Both the position numbers and the translations under genes were made by a program. From Pseudomonadota bacterium (GTDB taxonomy: Bacteria > Pseudomonadota > Gammaproteobacteria > Acidiferrobacterales > UBA6901): DNA of 64,000 nt. Of the stretch, positions 10,028-22,622 are shown one piece after another (positions within the stretch are counted from its first letter, which is position 1; every line of letters begins with the position of its first letter). Location: positions 100,251 to 164,250 of the forward strand of contig JAJYEX010000006.1 of NCBI GenBank assembly GCA_021785515.1, read 5' to 3'. The notes under the pieces are model-generated. The model was not told where the DNA came from and did no database searches. It saw only the letters and a program-made list of their open reading frames with translations.

Positions 10028-11599
10028 ATGTCGAAAATCACGCGCGCTCTGCTCAGCGTTTCGGAGAAGGCGGGCATCGTCGAATTTGCCCGGTTCCTGC
10101 ATGCCCAGGGCGTTGAAATTCTATCAACCGGTGGAACGGCCAGGATGCTCGCCCAAAATGGCGTTCCGGTCGTCGAGGTTTCCGACTACACCGGCTTTCC
10201 GGAGATGCTCGACGGCAGGCTAAAAACCCTGCACCCCAAAATCCACGGCGGCATCCTCGGCCGGCGTGACCTGCCGGCCCACCTTGCAGCCATGAAGCAG
10301 CATCAGATTCAGGCCATAGATCTAGTGGTCGTCAACCTGTATCCCTTTGAGCAGACAGTGGCGCGCAAGGACTGCACGCTTGAACTGGCAATCGAGAACA
10401 TTGACATCGGCGGACCGACAATGCTGCGCGCGGCCGCAAAGAACCACGCCGCGGTCACCGTCGTGGTGGACAACGCCGACTTCGGGGTCGTGACCGAAGA
10501 AATGAAGAATCACGGCGGCGCGGTATCAGACGCGATGCGGTTTGCGCTGGCCGTAAAGGCCTTTGAGCACACGGCCCGCTATGACGGTGCCATCGCCAAT
10601 TACCTCGGCACGATGGGATCCGACGGCACTCAAATGCATTTTCCCAGGACGTTCAACTTCCAGTGCGTAAAAGCGCAGGACATGCGCTACGGTGAGAACC
10701 CGCACCAGCCTGCGGCGTTCTACCGCGAGCACGCCCCGACTGAAGCCTGTATCGCCACCGCCACACAGCTACAGGGCAAGGAGCTCTCATTCAACAATAT
10801 CGCGGATACCGATGCGGCGCTAGAATGCGTAAAGTCCTTTGACGAGCCGGCATGCGTCATTGTCAAGCATGCCAATCCCTGCGGGGTAGCGGTAGCGGAT
10901 TCACCGCTAACCGCCTATGAACATGCTTACGCCACTGACCCCACTTCCGCATTCGGCGGCATCATCGCGCTCAACCGCGCCCTTGATGCAGCCACCGCGG
11001 CGGCAATCATCGACCGCCAGTTCGTCGAGGTGATCATCGCCCCCTCGGTGATGATAGACGCACGTCCGGTGCTCGCCAGGAAACAGAACGTGCGCGTTCT
11101 GGAGTGCGGAGCATGGTCGGCTGAGCGGCCGCCTGGCCTGGATTTTCGGCGCGTGACCGGCGGGCTGCTGGTCCAGGAACGCGATAACGCCTCCGTAACC
11201 CGGTCCGGCCTGAAGGTGGTAACTCGACGCGCGCCAACCACTGCGGAGCTTGAAGATCTCCTGTTTTCGTGGAAGGTCGTCAAGTTTGTCAAGTCCAACG
11301 CCATCGTCTACTGTCGGGACCGGCGCACCATAGGCGTGGGGGCAGGCCAGATGAGCCGTGTTTACAGCGCGCGCATTGCCGCGATCAAGGCGGCCGATGC
11401 CGGACTGGAAGTGCGCGGCTCGGTGATGGCCTCGGACGCGTTTTTTCCGTTCCGGGACGGCCTGGACCAGGCGGCAGATGCCGGCGTTACGGCGGTGATT
11501 CAGCCGGGCGGCTCCATGCGGGACCAGGAGGTCATCGAAGCGGCCGACCAACACGGCATCGCCATGGTCTTTACCGGAATCCGCCACTTCCGCCACTGA
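10028..11599 (+). CDS. purH: Bifunctional AICAR transformylase/IMP cyclohydrolase
   Basis: [42 protein letters not shown] end. Confidence 0.98.
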   Translation: MSKITRALLSVSEKAGIVEFARFLHAQGVEILSTGGTARMLAQNGVPVVEVSDYTGFPEMLDGRLKTLHPKIHGGILGRRDLPAHLAAMKQHQIQAIDLVVVNLYPFEQTVARKDCTLELAIENIDIGGPTMLRAAAKNHAAVTVVVDNADFGVVTEEMKNHGGAVSDAMRFALAVKAFEHTARYDGAIANYLGTMGSDGTQMHFPRTFNFQCVKAQDMRYGENPHQPAAFYREHAPTEACIATATQLQGKELSFNNIADTDAALECVKSFDEPACVIVKHANPCGVAVADSPLTAYEHAYATDPTSAFGGIIALNRALDAATAAAIIDRQFVEVIIAPSVMIDARPVLARKQNVRVLECGAWSAERPPGLDFRRVTGGLLVQERDNASVTRSGLKVVTRRAPTTAELEDLLFSWKVVKFVKSNAIVYCRDRRTIGVGAGQMSRVYSARIAAIKAADAGLEVRGSVMASDAFFPFRDGLDQAADAGVTAVIQPGGSMRDQEVIEAADQHGIAMVFTGIRHFRH

Positions 11600-11652
11600 A
11601 TACCCATGCGCCTATACGCCTGTCATTTCTCCCCGGACCTGGATAGTTGCCC

Positions 11653-12936
11653 ATGAAAGTCCTTATCGTCGGAGGCGGCGGACGCGAGCATGCGCTGGCC
11701 TGGAAAGCGGCACAATCCCCAAAGGCCGAAAAAGTGTTCGTCGCACCCGGGAACGCCGGAACCGCGCGCGAACCGGGATGTGAAAATGTCGCGGTCGCCG
11801 CCGATGATGTCGACGGGCTGCTACGTTTTGCGCGATCCGCCGGCATCGATCTGACGATCATCGGCCCGGAAGCGCCCCTGGTGCTCGGTATCGTGGATCG
11901 CTTCCGGGAGGCAGGCCTGAGATGTTTCGGCCCAGGCCGAGTGGCGGCCCAGCTTGAAGGATCGAAGATCTACGCGAAGGAGTTTCTTGCGCGCCATTCG
12001 ATACCGACTGCTGCCTACGGCAGCTTTACCGAGGCCGCTAAGGCCGAGGCCTATATACGGCACGTAGGCGCTCCGATCGTCGTCAAGGCGGACGGACTGG
12101 CAGCCGGAAAGGGAGTGGTTGTCGCCCAGACTGTGGAAGAAGCGACGGCGGCGGTGCGCGCCATGCTGGGCAACAACGCATTCGGTGATGCTGGCCAGCG
12201 GGTGGTCATCGAGGAATTTCTTACGGGGGAAGAGGCGAGCTTCATCGTGATGGCAGACGGGCAACACGTGCTGGCGCTAGCGACCTCGCAGGACCACAAG
12301 CGCCTGCTCGATCATGACCAAGGGCCGAACACCGGCGGCATGGGAGCCTACTCGCCGGCGCCGGTGGTCACAGCGGCGATCCACGACCGGGTTCTGCGCG
12401 AAATCATCGAACCCACCGTGCGCGGGATGGCTGCGGAAGGAAACCCCTATACCGGCTTTCTTTACGCCGGCCTCATGATCGACCTTGAAGGCAACTCCAA
12501 GGTGCTGGAATACAATTGCCGCTTTGGCGACCCCGAGACGCAGCCGGTGATGATGCGCCTTCAATCGGACCTGCTGACCCTGGTGGATGCGGCCATCGAC
12601 GGACGCCTCGACCAGGTGCAGGCACTGTGGGATCCGCGACCGGCTTTGGGCGTAGTCATGGCGGCCGGCGGCTACCCCGGACCGTACCGTAAGGGCGATG
12701 TGATTTACGGACTCGATGCCAAGACCGGTGCAGGGCAGAAGGTTTTTCATGCGGGCACGACGCTCTCCGGCGGGCAGGTGCTGACCCAGGGCGGTCGCGT
12801 TCTGTGTGCGACTGCCCTCGGCGACAGCGTCGCCGAGGCCCAGCAACGCGCCTACGCCCTGGCTCACAACATCAGCTGGACCGGAGCCCAATACCGCACC
12901 GACATCGGCTACCGAGCCATCAGCCGCGGCGGATGA
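11653..12936 (+). CDS. purD: Phosphoribosylamine-glycine ligase
   Basis: [40 protein letters not shown]. Confidence 0.98.
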   Translation: MKVLIVGGGGREHALAWKAAQSPKAEKVFVAPGNAGTAREPGCENVAVAADDVDGLLRFARSAGIDLTIIGPEAPLVLGIVDRFREAGLRCFGPGRVAAQLEGSKIYAKEFLARHSIPTAAYGSFTEAAKAEAYIRHVGAPIVVKADGLAAGKGVVVAQTVEEATAAVRAMLGNNAFGDAGQRVVIEEFLTGEEASFIVMADGQHVLALATSQDHKRLLDHDQGPNTGGMGAYSPAPVVTAAIHDRVLREIIEPTVRGMAAEGNPYTGFLYAGLMIDLEGNSKVLEYNCRFGDPETQPVMMRLQSDLLTLVDAAIDGRLDQVQALWDPRPALGVVMAAGGYPGPYRKGDVIYGLDAKTGAGQKVFHAGTTLSGGQVLTQGGRVLCATALGDSVAEAQQRAYALAHNISWTGAQYRTDIGYRAISRGG

Positions 12937-13062
12937 CGTTCCCGGCCCCGCGGGGAGATGGCCCGCCGTCCCTTTCACCGCAACCCGCTGGCTTCAGGGG
13001 TTTCCCTGTATAATCCGGAACGCGCAACCCGACCAAGCATTCAGTTCCCGGAGAACAAACTG

Positions 13063-13569
13063 ATGTCCACGCCTTTCGTAGCCGTTTTGATGGGGTCCGA
13101 TTCCGACCTGCCGACAATGGAGACCACCGCCTCCGTGCTTACCAAGCTCGGAGTGGCGCACGAAATGAAGATCACCTCTGCTCATCGCACGCCGGACGTC
13201 ACGCACGCGTACGTCAGGGATGCCGACGCGCGGGGCTGTGCCGTGTTTGTCGCTGCCGCGGGGCTGGCCGCCCACCTGGCCGGCACCGTGGCAGCGCTTA
13301 CCGTGAAGCCGGTGATTGGCGTTCCCATGGAGGGCGGTCCTCTGAACGGAGAAGACGCGCTGCTCTCGACAGTGCAGATGCCCGGCGGAATTCCGGTAGC
13401 CTGCGTGGCCATTGGCAAACATGGCGCCAAAAACGCCGCCTACCTTGCAGCCGAGATCCTGGCCGTGAGCAACCCGACGCTCGCCAAACGGCTGGTCGAA
13501 GAGCGTGCCGCCAACGCGGCCGAAATTATTGCGAAGGACCGGGCGCTTCAGGCCAAGCAGGGAAAATAG
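13063..13569 (+). CDS. purE: N5-CAIR mutase / AIR carboxylase PurE
   Basis: MGSDSD, SAHRTP, AAHLAG, VQMPGGIPVA. Confidence 0.95.
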   Translation: MSTPFVAVLMGSDSDLPTMETTASVLTKLGVAHEMKITSAHRTPDVTHAYVRDADARGCAVFVAAAGLAAHLAGTVAALTVKPVIGVPMEGGPLNGEDALLSTVQMPGGIPVACVAIGKHGAKNAAYLAAEILAVSNPTLAKRLVEERAANAAEIIAKDRALQAKQGK

Positions 13570-13570
13570 C

Positions 13571-14119
13571 GTGCCGAGACAGGACTTGCGGCGAGCGGCG
13601 GCGGTGATCCGCGCAGGAGGTATTGTCGCCTACGCGACCGAAGCGGTATTCGGGCTGGGTTGCGATCCGCACCAGCCTCGTGCGGTCGCGCGGCTGCGTC
13701 AAATCAAGCAACGCAATTCCCGCAAGGGACTCATTTTAATCGCAGCAGATCCGGCGCAACTTATTCGCTATGTCCGCTCGCTGCCTGAGTGCGCGCTTGC
13801 AAGTTGGCCGGGGCCCCATACCTGGCTGCTGCCGGCGCGCGCAGGAGCCGTTCTGTCCCGGATATCCGGCCGATCCGGTTCAATCGCGGTACGGGTGACG
13901 GCCCACCGCCAGGCCGCGGCGCTTTGTCGTGCCTGCCGCATGGCCATCGTCTCCACCAGCGCCAACCGCGCCGGTCAGCGCCCGGCCCGCAATCCGCGCG
14001 AGGTGCGGCGCCGATTCGGCTGTCTCGTCGACTATGTGTTGCCAGGCCGGGTTGGCGGTCTACGGCGGCCAACCACCATCCGCGATGCGGTGTCCGGTCG
14101 CCTGGTACGCCCCGGCTAG
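13571..14119 (+). CDS. tsaC: Threonylcarbamoyl-AMP synthase (YrdC/Sua5 family)
   Basis: AYATEAVFGLGCDP, KQR...KGLILI, STSAN. Confidence 0.92.
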   Translation: MPRQDLRRAAAVIRAGGIVAYATEAVFGLGCDPHQPRAVARLRQIKQRNSRKGLILIAADPAQLIRYVRSLPECALASWPGPHTWLLPARAGAVLSRISGRSGSIAVRVTAHRQAAALCRACRMAIVSTSANRAGQRPARNPREVRRRFGCLVDYVLPGRVGGLRRPTTIRDAVSGRLVRPG

Positions 14120-14131
14120 CCCGGAACGCTG

Positions 14132-15040
14132 ATGGACAGCCGCTGTATTCACGACGTCATAGTCTACCTGCAGGATTTTCAGGAACGGGTCTGCTCCGAA
14201 CTGGCGCGCATCGATGGAACGCCACCGGCACGATGCGATTCCTGGCAACGCCCAGAGGGCGGTGGCGGCCGCACCCACATACTGACCGACGGTGCCGTAT
14301 TCGAGCAGGCAGGCGTTGGATTTTCGCATGTGTACGGCGAGCGGCTTCCGCCTTCGGCCAGCACGCGGCGCCCGGAGCTTGCAGGATGTTCGTTCCAGGC
14401 AGCGGGCGTTTCAATTGTCATTCATCCACGCAATCCCTATGTGCCCACCACCCACTGCAATGCGCGCGTCTTCGTGGCAGACAGGCCCGGACAAGAACCG
14501 GTCTGGTGGTTCGGCGGCGGCTACGACCTGACCCCGTATTATGGCTTTGAGGAAGACGCCGTGCACTGGCACCGCGTCGCCCGCAAGGCGTGTGAACCGT
14601 TCGGGGCAGAATGGTATCCACGCTTCAAGCAGTGGTGCGACGACTATTTTTTTCTGAAACACCGCGGCGAGCCGCGGGGCATTGGTGGAATCTTCTTTGA
14701 CGACCTCATCGAACCCGGATTCGAACGCTGTTTCGCCTTCCTGCGCTCGGTCGGCGACAGCTTCCTGCCCGCATACCTGCCGATCGTCGAACGGCGCCGC
14801 AGCACAGTATTCGGGGAACGCCAGCGCGACTTTCAGCTTTATCGCCGCGGACGCTACGTGGAATTCAATCTGGTGTACGACCGCGGCACCCTGTTCGGCC
14901 TGCAGTCCGGAGGCCGGACCGAGTCGATCCTGATGTCCCTACCGCCACTCGTGTGCTGGCGATACGACTGGCAGCCCGCGCCAGGAACAGAGGAGGCGCG
15001 CCTGTATGACATATTCCTCAAGCGCCGCGACTGGGTTTAG
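14132..15040 (+). CDS. hemF: Oxygen-dependent coproporphyrinogen III oxidase
   Basis: [42 protein letters not shown]. Confidence 0.97.
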   Translation: MDSRCIHDVIVYLQDFQERVCSELARIDGTPPARCDSWQRPEGGGGRTHILTDGAVFEQAGVGFSHVYGERLPPSASTRRPELAGCSFQAAGVSIVIHPRNPYVPTTHCNARVFVADRPGQEPVWWFGGGYDLTPYYGFEEDAVHWHRVARKACEPFGAEWYPRFKQWCDDYFFLKHRGEPRGIGGIFFDDLIEPGFERCFAFLRSVGDSFLPAYLPIVERRRSTVFGERQRDFQLYRRGRYVEFNLVYDRGTLFGLQSGGRTESILMSLPPLVCWRYDWQPAPGTEEARLYDIFLKRRDWV

Positions 15041-15073
15041 TCGCGGTCTTCCCGGCCGGCCGCCACATTTCGT

Positions 15074-15835
15074 CTAGGCCTGGCTCTTCGCCAGGCTGTC
15101 GCGTAGCGTGGTCAGGATGTCCACGGGCAGCGGAAACACGATGGTGGAGCTCCGGTCGCCGGCAATGGTGACCAGCGTCTGCAGGTAGCGCAGCTGCAGT
15201 GCCTGTGGATTCTGGCTAATGAGCTGGGCGGCCTGCACGAGCTTTTCCGCCGCCTGAAACTCGCCCTCGGCGTTGATCACCTTGGCGCGCCGCTGGCGTT
15301 CGGCCTCGGCCTGCTGCGAGATGGCGCGTACCAGAACGCTGTCGATGTCCACGTGCTTGATTTCCACGTTTGCGACCTTGATGCCCCAGGGTTCGGATGC
15401 CGTATCCAGGATTTTCTGAATATCGGAATTGAGCTTGTCGCGCTCGGCCAGCATTTCATCCAGCTCATGCTTGCCCAGGACGCTGCGCAGCGTGGTTTGC
15501 GCAAGCTGGCTGGTCGCCGCCTGAAAATCCTCCACCTGGATGATCGCGCGCTGCGGATCGATGACCCGGAAGTAGACGACTGCGCTTACCTTCACGGAAA
15601 CGTTATCGCGTGAGATTACGTCCTGCGGCGGAACCTCGAACACTATCGTGCGCATATCCACCTTGACGGACTGCTGGATCACGGGAATCACGATGATCAT
15701 GCCCGGGCCCTTCACTTTCCAGAACCTGCCAAGCTGGAAGACCACGCCGCGCTCATACTCGCGCAACACGCGTAACGCAGAGACCAGAAAAACCAGCACC
15801 ACCAGCACAATGACGACCAATGACAGGAATTCCAT
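15074..15835 (-). CDS. SPFH/slipin (stomatin-like) protein
   Basis: [46 protein letters not shown]. Confidence 0.93.
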   Translation of the reverse strand: MEFLSLVVIVLVVLVFLVSALRVLREYERGVVFQLGRFWKVKGPGMIIVIPVIQQSVKVDMRTIVFEVPPQDVISRDNVSVKVSAVVYFRVIDPQRAIIQVEDFQAATSQLAQTTLRSVLGKHELDEMLAERDKLNSDIQKILDTASEPWGIKVANVEIKHVDIDSVLVRAISQQAEAERQRRAKVINAEGEFQAAEKLVQAAQLISQNPQALQLRYLQTLVTIAGDRSSTIVFPLPVDILTTLRDSLAKSQA

Positions 15836-15836
15836 G

Positions 15837-17207
15837 TTAGCTGACCTCCTCCCCGTACGGTTCAACAATCAGCACCAGGCCGTCCATGCCGACTACCTTG
15901 ATTTTCTGACCATGCACCAGGGGACGGCTGGTGTGCGCCTGCCATTCCTCCCCGTGCACCCTTACCCGCCCACTTTTCTGAAAAGCGGCGAGCGCCTCGC
16001 CGGCCGACCCGATCATCTGTTCCCGCCCGCTGACTACCGGCCGCCTGTGGGCCCGCAGCGCCAGGCTTGCAACGGTCATGATAAAGGCCGCGCTCAGCAG
16101 CGCCATGCCCCCGATCAGCCACCATGACGGTCCGAATCCCGACGCCGCCGTGTCGAGCAGCATCACTGAGCCGATGACGAACGCGGCGGCGCCGCTCAGC
16201 CCGAGCGTGCCAAAAGCGGGCACGAATACCTCAGCCACCATCAGGCCGATCCCGAGCAGCATCAGTCCCAGGCCAGCGAAACTTACGGGCAGAACCTGGA
16301 AGGCAAACAGGGCTAGGATCAGGGATATTGCCCCGAGCACCCCCGGGAACACCAGACCAGGATGCATCATTTCAAAAAACAGCCCATATACGCCCAGCAG
16401 GATCAGGACGTAGGCCATGCTCGGATCGGTAATGACCGAGAGCAGGCGGCTTCTCCAGTCGGGTTCCAGACGAAGCACATGGGCACCCGCGGTATCGAGC
16501 CGCACCGAGCCCCCGGGGACACTCACCACACGCCCATTGAGTCTGCGCAGGAGGTCGGGAACATTGCGGGCAACCAGATCGATTACGTGCAGCTTGAGCG
16601 CTTCTGCAGCCGGCAAGCTCACGGCCCCGCGTACCGCCTCGGTCGCCCATTCGGCATTGCGTCCGCGCAGCTGTGCCAGCGCACGGATGTATGCGGCGGC
16701 ATCATTGACGATCTTGCGCGTTTCCGTTCCCACCACGGGATAGACAGTGGATCGGGAAGCCTTGCTGCCCGCACCACCGTGCGAAGCACCGGCCCCCGAT
16801 CCTGGCAGCAACTTGATCTCGACCGGCGTGGCAGCGCCGAGATTCGTGGCCGGCGCCATCGCCGCGATGTTGCAGGCATAGAGTATGTACGTGCCGGCAC
16901 TCGCCGCGCGCGCGCCACCGGGGGCGACAAATCCGGCAACGGGAACCGGGGAGGCGAGAATGTCACGAATGATGCGGCGCATGGCCAGAACCAGGCCACC
17001 CGGAGTGTCCATACGCAGCACCACCAGCGTGGCATGAAGGGCCCGGGCACGCGCCAGTCCGTTATGCACGTACTCGCTGGTCGCCGGACCGATGGGGCCG
17101 CGAATATCGAGCTGCACAATCACAGGCTCCGCGGCACAAACAACCCCCGAAGCCAGAATCAGCAGGGCCGCAAATACACACAGGACCGGCAGGCGCGGGT
17201 GCGACAT
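15837..17207 (-). CDS. nfeD: NfeD-family membrane-bound serine protease (long form)
   Basis: [13 protein letters not shown]-terminal OB domain GEEWQA; adjacent to slipin. Confidence 0.92.
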   Translation of the reverse strand: MSHPRLPVLCVFAALLILASGVVCAAEPVIVQLDIRGPIGPATSEYVHNGLARARALHATLVVLRMDTPGGLVLAMRRIIRDILASPVPVAGFVAPGGARAASAGTYILYACNIAAMAPATNLGAATPVEIKLLPGSGAGASHGGAGSKASRSTVYPVVGTETRKIVNDAAAYIRALAQLRGRNAEWATEAVRGAVSLPAAEALKLHVIDLVARNVPDLLRRLNGRVVSVPGGSVRLDTAGAHVLRLEPDWRSRLLSVITDPSMAYVLILLGVYGLFFEMMHPGLVFPGVLGAISLILALFAFQVLPVSFAGLGLMLLGIGLMVAEVFVPAFGTLGLSGAAAFVIGSVMLLDTAASGFGPSWWLIGGMALLSAAFIMTVASLALRAHRRPVVSGREQMIGSAGEALAAFQKSGRVRVHGEEWQAHTSRPLVHGQKIKVVGMDGLVLIVEPYGEEVS

Positions 17208-17337
17208 CCCGCTACATTACCAGCAACGCCACGAGTTGAGTAGAAACAAGCCTGCGGCAACGAACCGGCTATTGCGAGTCTGCGCTGGCGCAGCCCGCTC
17301 GCCAGGAAATCCGCGGGCAGAAATGGTCCTGTCCGGT

Positions 17338-18765
17338 TCAGCCGATAACCGGCTTTTCCCTTTGCTTGTACCGGCCCAGCGCGCCGCGCTTGGGCCGAGG
17401 CGCCATCGCTTCGGCGGTGGCTGCCTTGGGGACCTCGGCCGGGACAACTGGCGGCGGAGTCTCACGCTCCGCCCTCGCCGGCTTCGGTTCACCGTGCTGT
17501 CGCGGACGGTCCGGACGCCGTCCCCGCGTCCGCGTGTCCCGCCGGACGGGACGCTCCCGTCGACGTGCCGTCAGACCGGCCGGCTGCACCAGCGCCGGCA
17601 ACAGTTCATCGTTCACGCGCTCAACCGGAATCTTGTGTCCGATGTATTGCTCTATGTCCATCAGCGAGAACGCATATTCTTCGCATGCAAAGCTGATGGC
17701 GTCACCGCTCGCGCCGGCACGGGCCGTGCGGCCGATACGGTGCACATAGTCCTCACAGTCCTGCGGCAGGTCGAAATTGAACACGTGGCTCACATCGGGA
17801 ATATGCAAACCGCGCGCGGCGACGTCGGTCGCTACCAGGATGGGCAGCCTGCCTTCCTGAAATTCGCGCAGCAAGTGCTGGCGTTTGGTCTGCGGCACAT
17901 CACCTGAGAGCACCTCGACATGGAAATCATTCGCCGACAACCATGCGCGCACCCGCTCGGCAGCGCCCTTGGTGTTCGTGAACACGAGGCTGCGCCGCGG
18001 ATCCATCTGCCGCAGCAAACCCACAAGCAGAGGAATCTTCTCCTCATTGGCGGTGTGATAGATCCTTTCGGTCACCTTGTCCGCGGTAATCTTCTCCGGC
18101 TCGATGCGAATCAGCTGCGGATTGTTCATGTGCTCGTAGGCAAGCTCGGTGACGCGGTAAGACAGGGTCGCCGAAAACAGCAGGCCCAGACGCTGGTCGG
18201 GCGCAGGCATGCGTCGCAGCAAGTAGCGGATGTCCTTTATGAATCCGAGGTCGAACATGCGGTCGGCCTCATCCAGGACCATCACCTGGACCGCCCCAAG
18301 TCCGAACACGTGCTGCTTGAAGTAGTCGATCATCCGCCCGGGCGTCCCGATCAGCACATCCACCCCCTGTTCCAGGGCGCGGCGCTGGGACTCGTATCCG
18401 GTTCCCCCATAGACCAGAACCTGCCGCAAGCCGGTGTGAGCCCCCAGCAATTCGGCGTCCTTGTGTATCTGTATGGCGAGTTCGCGGGTCGGTGCGAGGA
18501 TCACGACGCGCGGCTGGTCCGCACGCCTGGCCGGATCCGGCGGATGGCCGAGCAGGTAGTGGAAGGCAGCCAGCAGGAATGCGGCGGTCTTACCGGTACC
18601 GGTCTGGGCCTGACCGGCAACGTCGCGGCCCGCCAAGGCAAGCGGCAGGGCTGCCGCCTGGATTGGGGTGCAGTAGTCGAATCCGAGATCACGGACGCCG
18701 CGCAGCAGGGGCTCCGCCAAGCTCAGGTCGGCAAATCGCCGGTCAGTAAGGTGTTGTGTGCTCAT
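17338..18765 (-). CDS. rhlB: DEAD-box RNA helicase RhlB
   Basis: [29 protein letters not shown]; divergent from trxA-rho. Confidence 0.95.
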   Translation of the reverse strand: MSTQHLTDRRFADLSLAEPLLRGVRDLGFDYCTPIQAAALPLALAGRDVAGQAQTGTGKTAAFLLAAFHYLLGHPPDPARRADQPRVVILAPTRELAIQIHKDAELLGAHTGLRQVLVYGGTGYESQRRALEQGVDVLIGTPGRMIDYFKQHVFGLGAVQVMVLDEADRMFDLGFIKDIRYLLRRMPAPDQRLGLLFSATLSYRVTELAYEHMNNPQLIRIEPEKITADKVTERIYHTANEEKIPLLVGLLRQMDPRRSLVFTNTKGAAERVRAWLSANDFHVEVLSGDVPQTKRQHLLREFQEGRLPILVATDVAARGLHIPDVSHVFNFDLPQDCEDYVHRIGRTARAGASGDAISFACEEYAFSLMDIEQYIGHKIPVERVNDELLPALVQPAGLTARRRERPVRRDTRTRGRRPDRPRQHGEPKPARAERETPPPVVPAEVPKAATAEAMAPRPKRGALGRYKQREKPVIG

Positions 18766-18965
18766 CGCAAAGTGGCGTTAGAATAACAGGAAATGGGCAT
18801 TTTGGGGACTGGAACTTCTGAAACGCCCACTGAAACCGCGGATTTCCGGGGGCGTCCTTGCAATAGGAGGGACAATCCGCTCACAATAGCCGGGCGGGCA
18901 TGCGGTATGGATTGCCCCACCCGTCACTCGATACCCGTCCCTCGTCACCCCGGAGACAAGCGATC

Positions 18966-19292
18966 ATGAGTCAAGGCATCAGTCACGTTACGGACAACTC
19001 TTTCGAACAGGAAGTCCTCAAAGCGTCAGGGCCGGTGTTGGTGGATTTCTGGGCGGAATGGTGCGGCCCCTGCAAGATGATCGCGCCGGTGCTCGAGGAG
19101 ATCTCCGGAGAGTACGTGGGCAAACTCAAGATCACCAAGCTTAATATCGACGAGAATCCTGCGACGCCTCCCAAGTACGGCATCCGCGGTATTCCGACAC
19201 TGATGCTTTTCAAAAACGGCAACGTCGAGGCCACCAAGGTTGGCGCCGTTTCCAAATCACAGCTTTCGGCATTTATTGACGGCAACCTCTGA
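18966..19292 (+). CDS. trxA: Thioredoxin 1
   Basis: [24 protein letters not shown]. Confidence 0.98.
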   Translation: MSQGISHVTDNSFEQEVLKASGPVLVDFWAEWCGPCKMIAPVLEEISGEYVGKLKITKLNIDENPATPPKYGIRGIPTLMLFKNGNVEATKVGAVSKSQLSAFIDGNL

Positions 19293-19496
19293 TCGGCGGG
19301 CGAGCCAGACTAGACGGCAAACAAAACAAGTGCTAAGGTTACAATCTAAGAATCGAAAAATCCCTGTTTGAATTTTCCAAATCCGATTAGTTTTTTTAAG
19401 GTCTAAGCCCTTTTTCAACCCATAGGGCTGCCCGTGGGCAAGCCCGTCGTTTTCCCTCCTATGTACTCAGCTGCCACCGACCCAACCCAGAGACTT

Positions 19497-20753
19497 ATGA
19501 ACCTTTCAGAGCTGAAGAAAAAACCCGCCACCGAACTGGTCGATATGGCCACGGCCATGGACCTGGAGGGCGGCAGCCGTCTGCGCAAACAGGACCTGAT
19601 CTTTGCACTCCTCAAGGCCCAGGCGAAGAAAGGGGAAGATATCACCGGAGAAGGGGTAGTAGAGATTCTCCAGGACGGGTTCGGGTTCCTGCGTTCGGCC
19701 GACAGCTCCTATCTGGCCGGACCTGACGATATCTACGTTTCCCCTTCCCAGATTCGGCGCTTCAATCTGCGCACGGGAGATACGGTCAGCGGCACCATTC
19801 GGCCGCCGAAGGAGTCGGAACGCTACTTCGCGCTGCTCAAGGTCGACCAGGTTAACTACCAGTCCCCGGAAGAAGCCAAGAACAAGGTACTGTTCGAGAA
19901 CCTAACCCCTCTGCACCCGAATCGGCGGCTCAAACTCGAACGTGACAGCACATCGAGTGAAGCCCTTACTGGCCGGGTCATTGATCTGATCGCCCCCATC
20001 GGCATGGGGCAGCGCGGCCTGATCGTGTCTTCGCCGAAGAGCGGCAAGACGGTCATGCTGCAGAATATCGCCCACTCCATCACCGCTAACCATCCGGAGT
20101 GCGTACTGATCGTGCTGCTGATCGATGAGCGTCCGGAAGAGGTGACCGAAATGCAGCGTTCCGTGCGGGGCGAGGTAATCTCTTCGACCTTCGACGAGCC
20201 TGCGACCCGCCATGTCCAGGTTGCTGAAATGGTGATCGAGAAGGCCAAACGGCTGGTGGAACACAAGCGTGACGTGGTTATTCTGCTCGATTCGATCACG
20301 CGCCTGGCACGCGCCTACAATACCGTCGTGCCCGCATCAGGGAAGGTGCTGACCGGCGGCGTCGACGCCAACGCCTTGCAGCGCCCGAAACGGTTTTTCG
20401 GTGCTGCGCGCAACATTGAGGAAGGCGGCAGCCTGACCATCCTGGCAACGGCTCTCATTGAAACCGGCTCCAAGATGGACGACGTCATCTACGAAGAATT
20501 CAAGGGGACGGGGAACATGGAAATTCACCTCGACCGCAGACTTTCGGAAAAGCGGGTCTACCCGGCCATCAACATCAACCGGTCTGGTACGCGGCGCGAG
20601 GAATTGCTGATCGAACCGGCCGAACTCCAGAAGATGTGGATATTGCGCAAGCTGCTACATCCGATGGACGACATGGAAGCTTCCGAATTTCTGCTGGACA
20701 AGATGCGATCAACCAAAAACAACGCCGAATTCTTCGATTCCATGAAACGGTAA
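19497..20753 (+). CDS. rho: Transcription termination factor Rho
   Basis: [36 protein letters not shown]. Confidence 0.98.
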   Translation: MNLSELKKKPATELVDMATAMDLEGGSRLRKQDLIFALLKAQAKKGEDITGEGVVEILQDGFGFLRSADSSYLAGPDDIYVSPSQIRRFNLRTGDTVSGTIRPPKESERYFALLKVDQVNYQSPEEAKNKVLFENLTPLHPNRRLKLERDSTSSEALTGRVIDLIAPIGMGQRGLIVSSPKSGKTVMLQNIAHSITANHPECVLIVLLIDERPEEVTEMQRSVRGEVISSTFDEPATRHVQVAEMVIEKAKRLVEHKRDVVILLDSITRLARAYNTVVPASGKVLTGGVDANALQRPKRFFGAARNIEEGGSLTILATALIETGSKMDDVIYEEFKGTGNMEIHLDRRLSEKRVYPAININRSGTRREELLIEPAELQKMWILRKLLHPMDDMEASEFLLDKMRSTKNNAEFFDSMKR

Positions 20754-20845
20754 GCAGAGTCCGGGCTTGCGCCGCCCGCGAGTTTTGCTTAAGATGCTCC
20801 CCCCTCAGGGTCCTGATCGGCCCCGTCCGGATCAAAGGTAAATCC

Positions 20846-21058
20846 ATGAAAGAAGGCATACATCCCGAATACAAGGAAATCCAGGTAAGCTGCATCTGCG
20901 GGAACGTTTTTGCGACCCGCTCCACGCTGGGCCACGACCTGCAGGTTGAAGTCTGCGCCAGCTGCCATCCCTTCTACACCGGGAAACAGAAGATTGTGGA
21001 CAGCGCCGGGCGGGTTGAGAAATTCCGGCAGAAATACGGGATGAGCTCGAAGCGCTGA
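20846..21058 (+). CDS. rpmE: 50S ribosomal protein L31 (Zn-binding form)
   Basis: MKEGIHPEY, CxC...[13 protein letters not shown]. Confidence 0.97.
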   Translation: MKEGIHPEYKEIQVSCICGNVFATRSTLGHDLQVEVCASCHPFYTGKQKIVDSAGRVEKFRQKYGMSSKR

Positions 21059-21080
21059 CGGCTGCCGAACCATTGCCGGC

Positions 21081-21112
21081 CAAGAAGGCGCCTGACGGCG
21101 CCTTCTTGCTTT
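21081..21112 (+). terminator. Hairpin/terminator after rpmE
   Basis: CAAGAAGGCGCC-TGAC-GGCGCCTTCTTG perfect 12-bp stem followed by CTTT. Confidence 0.7.
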
Positions 21113-21187
21113 GGACTGGCACGGGGCCCGCAGGAGAAGACGGCAATGCCCGACGTTTGGGCCAGCGAACCCGGACCGGATAAATTT

Positions 21188-22486
21188 ATGAATGACGACC
21201 TGAAGCAAGCTGCTCTCGACTATCATGCGCTGCCGGTACCAGGCAAGCTGAGCGTCGCGCCAAGCAAACCCTGTGTTTCCCAGTACGACCTGTCTCTGGC
21301 CTACACCCCGGGTGTGGCGGAGCCGGTGCGCGAGATTTCCAGCGACCCCGAGGCGGTTTATCGGTACACCAACCGCGGCAATCTGGTCGCGGTCATTACT
21401 GACGGCACTGCTGTGCTGGGACTAGGAAATGTCGGTCCGTCAGCGGCAAAACCTGTGCTCGAAGGCAAGGCGGTGCTTTTCAAGTATTTTGCCGGCATCG
21501 ACGTGTTCGATATCGAGATCACAGCCCGCACCAGTGAGGAATTCATCAGCACTGTGGCGTCGATCGCTCCGACATTCGGGGGGATCAACCTTGAGGACAT
21601 CGCGGCACCGGAATGCTTTGTGATCGAAGAGGCTCTCATAAAGCTTCTGGACATACCGGTATTCCATGACGACCAGCACGGGACGGCGGTGATCATTGCC
21701 GCGGGCCTGCTCAACGCCCTGGAACTGCAGAAGAAGCAGCTTGCCGACGCGCGCATCGTGTGCCTGGGCGCAGGGGCAGCAGGACTGACTTCGATGAGTC
21801 TGCTCGAGACTCTCGGTGCCCGGATCGAGAATATCCTGATGGTCGACAGCAAGGGCGTTATCCACAGCGACCGCGACGACCTGAACCCCTACAAACAGCG
21901 CTTTGCACACGTAACTGCGGCGCGCAGTCTTACGGATGCCATGCGTGACGCCGATGTCTTTGTGGGGGTATCGGCTGCAAATCTGGTGACTCCCGACATG
22001 CTCCAGTCGATGGCGCCAAGACCCGTAGTATTTGCCCTGTCCAACCCCGATCCCGAGATCCGTCCAGAAGTCGCACACCGGACCCGCGACGATCTCATCA
22101 TGGCCACGGGCCGGTCAGATTTTCCGAATCAGATCAACAATGTGTTGGGGTTTCCGTTCATTTTTCGCGGGGCGCTGGACGTACGCGCGCGCATCATCAA
22201 CCGCGATATGATGGTTGCTGCCGTCTCTGCCCTTCGGGCTCTGACGCACGAACCGGTGCCCACCCAGGTGCTCGAAGCCTACAAACTGGCAAGCCTGAGC
22301 TACGGGCCCGACTACATCATCCCCAAGCCGCTAGACCGGCGACTGATCGAAGTGGTACCACCCGCAGTGGCCCAGGCAGCAATCGACTCGGGCGTCGCGC
22401 GCGCGCCGTTCCCGGCGCACTATCGCAAGCCGGACCACGGCGGCGTCACACCGGTCCGCCGGCTTGAGGGCCTGCCGTCACGCTAG
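21188..22486 (+). CDS. NAD(P)-dependent malic enzyme (MaeB-type, no PTA domain)
   Basis: LAYTPGVA, DGTAVLGLG, GINLEDI, FHDDQHGTA, TGRSDFPNQINN. Confidence 0.93.
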   Translation: MNDDLKQAALDYHALPVPGKLSVAPSKPCVSQYDLSLAYTPGVAEPVREISSDPEAVYRYTNRGNLVAVITDGTAVLGLGNVGPSAAKPVLEGKAVLFKYFAGIDVFDIEITARTSEEFISTVASIAPTFGGINLEDIAAPECFVIEEALIKLLDIPVFHDDQHGTAVIIAAGLLNALELQKKQLADARIVCLGAGAAGLTSMSLLETLGARIENILMVDSKGVIHSDRDDLNPYKQRFAHVTAARSLTDAMRDADVFVGVSAANLVTPDMLQSMAPRPVVFALSNPDPEIRPEVAHRTRDDLIMATGRSDFPNQINNVLGFPFIFRGALDVRARIINRDMMVAAVSALRALTHEPVPTQVLEAYKLASLSYGPDYIIPKPLDRRLIEVVPPAVAQAAIDSGVARAPFPAHYRKPDHGGVTPVRRLEGLPSR

Positions 22487-22622
22487 CCGACCCTGCGGGC
22501 CGGGACCGGCCCGGGTTGAACGTCGCGGGCGCCAGTCACCCGTAGCGGTCCCGGTCCACGGGAACTCTTTATCCGTCCTTCTTTTCCTATACTAGACAAC
22601 TAGTAGCTTACAAGGAGGGGCC

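Noticed and set aside
13063-13569. PurE without adjacent purK as a novel class II enzyme
   Set aside because: Motifs (SAHRTP, AAHLAG) are class I-like and purK may lie elsewhere in the genome
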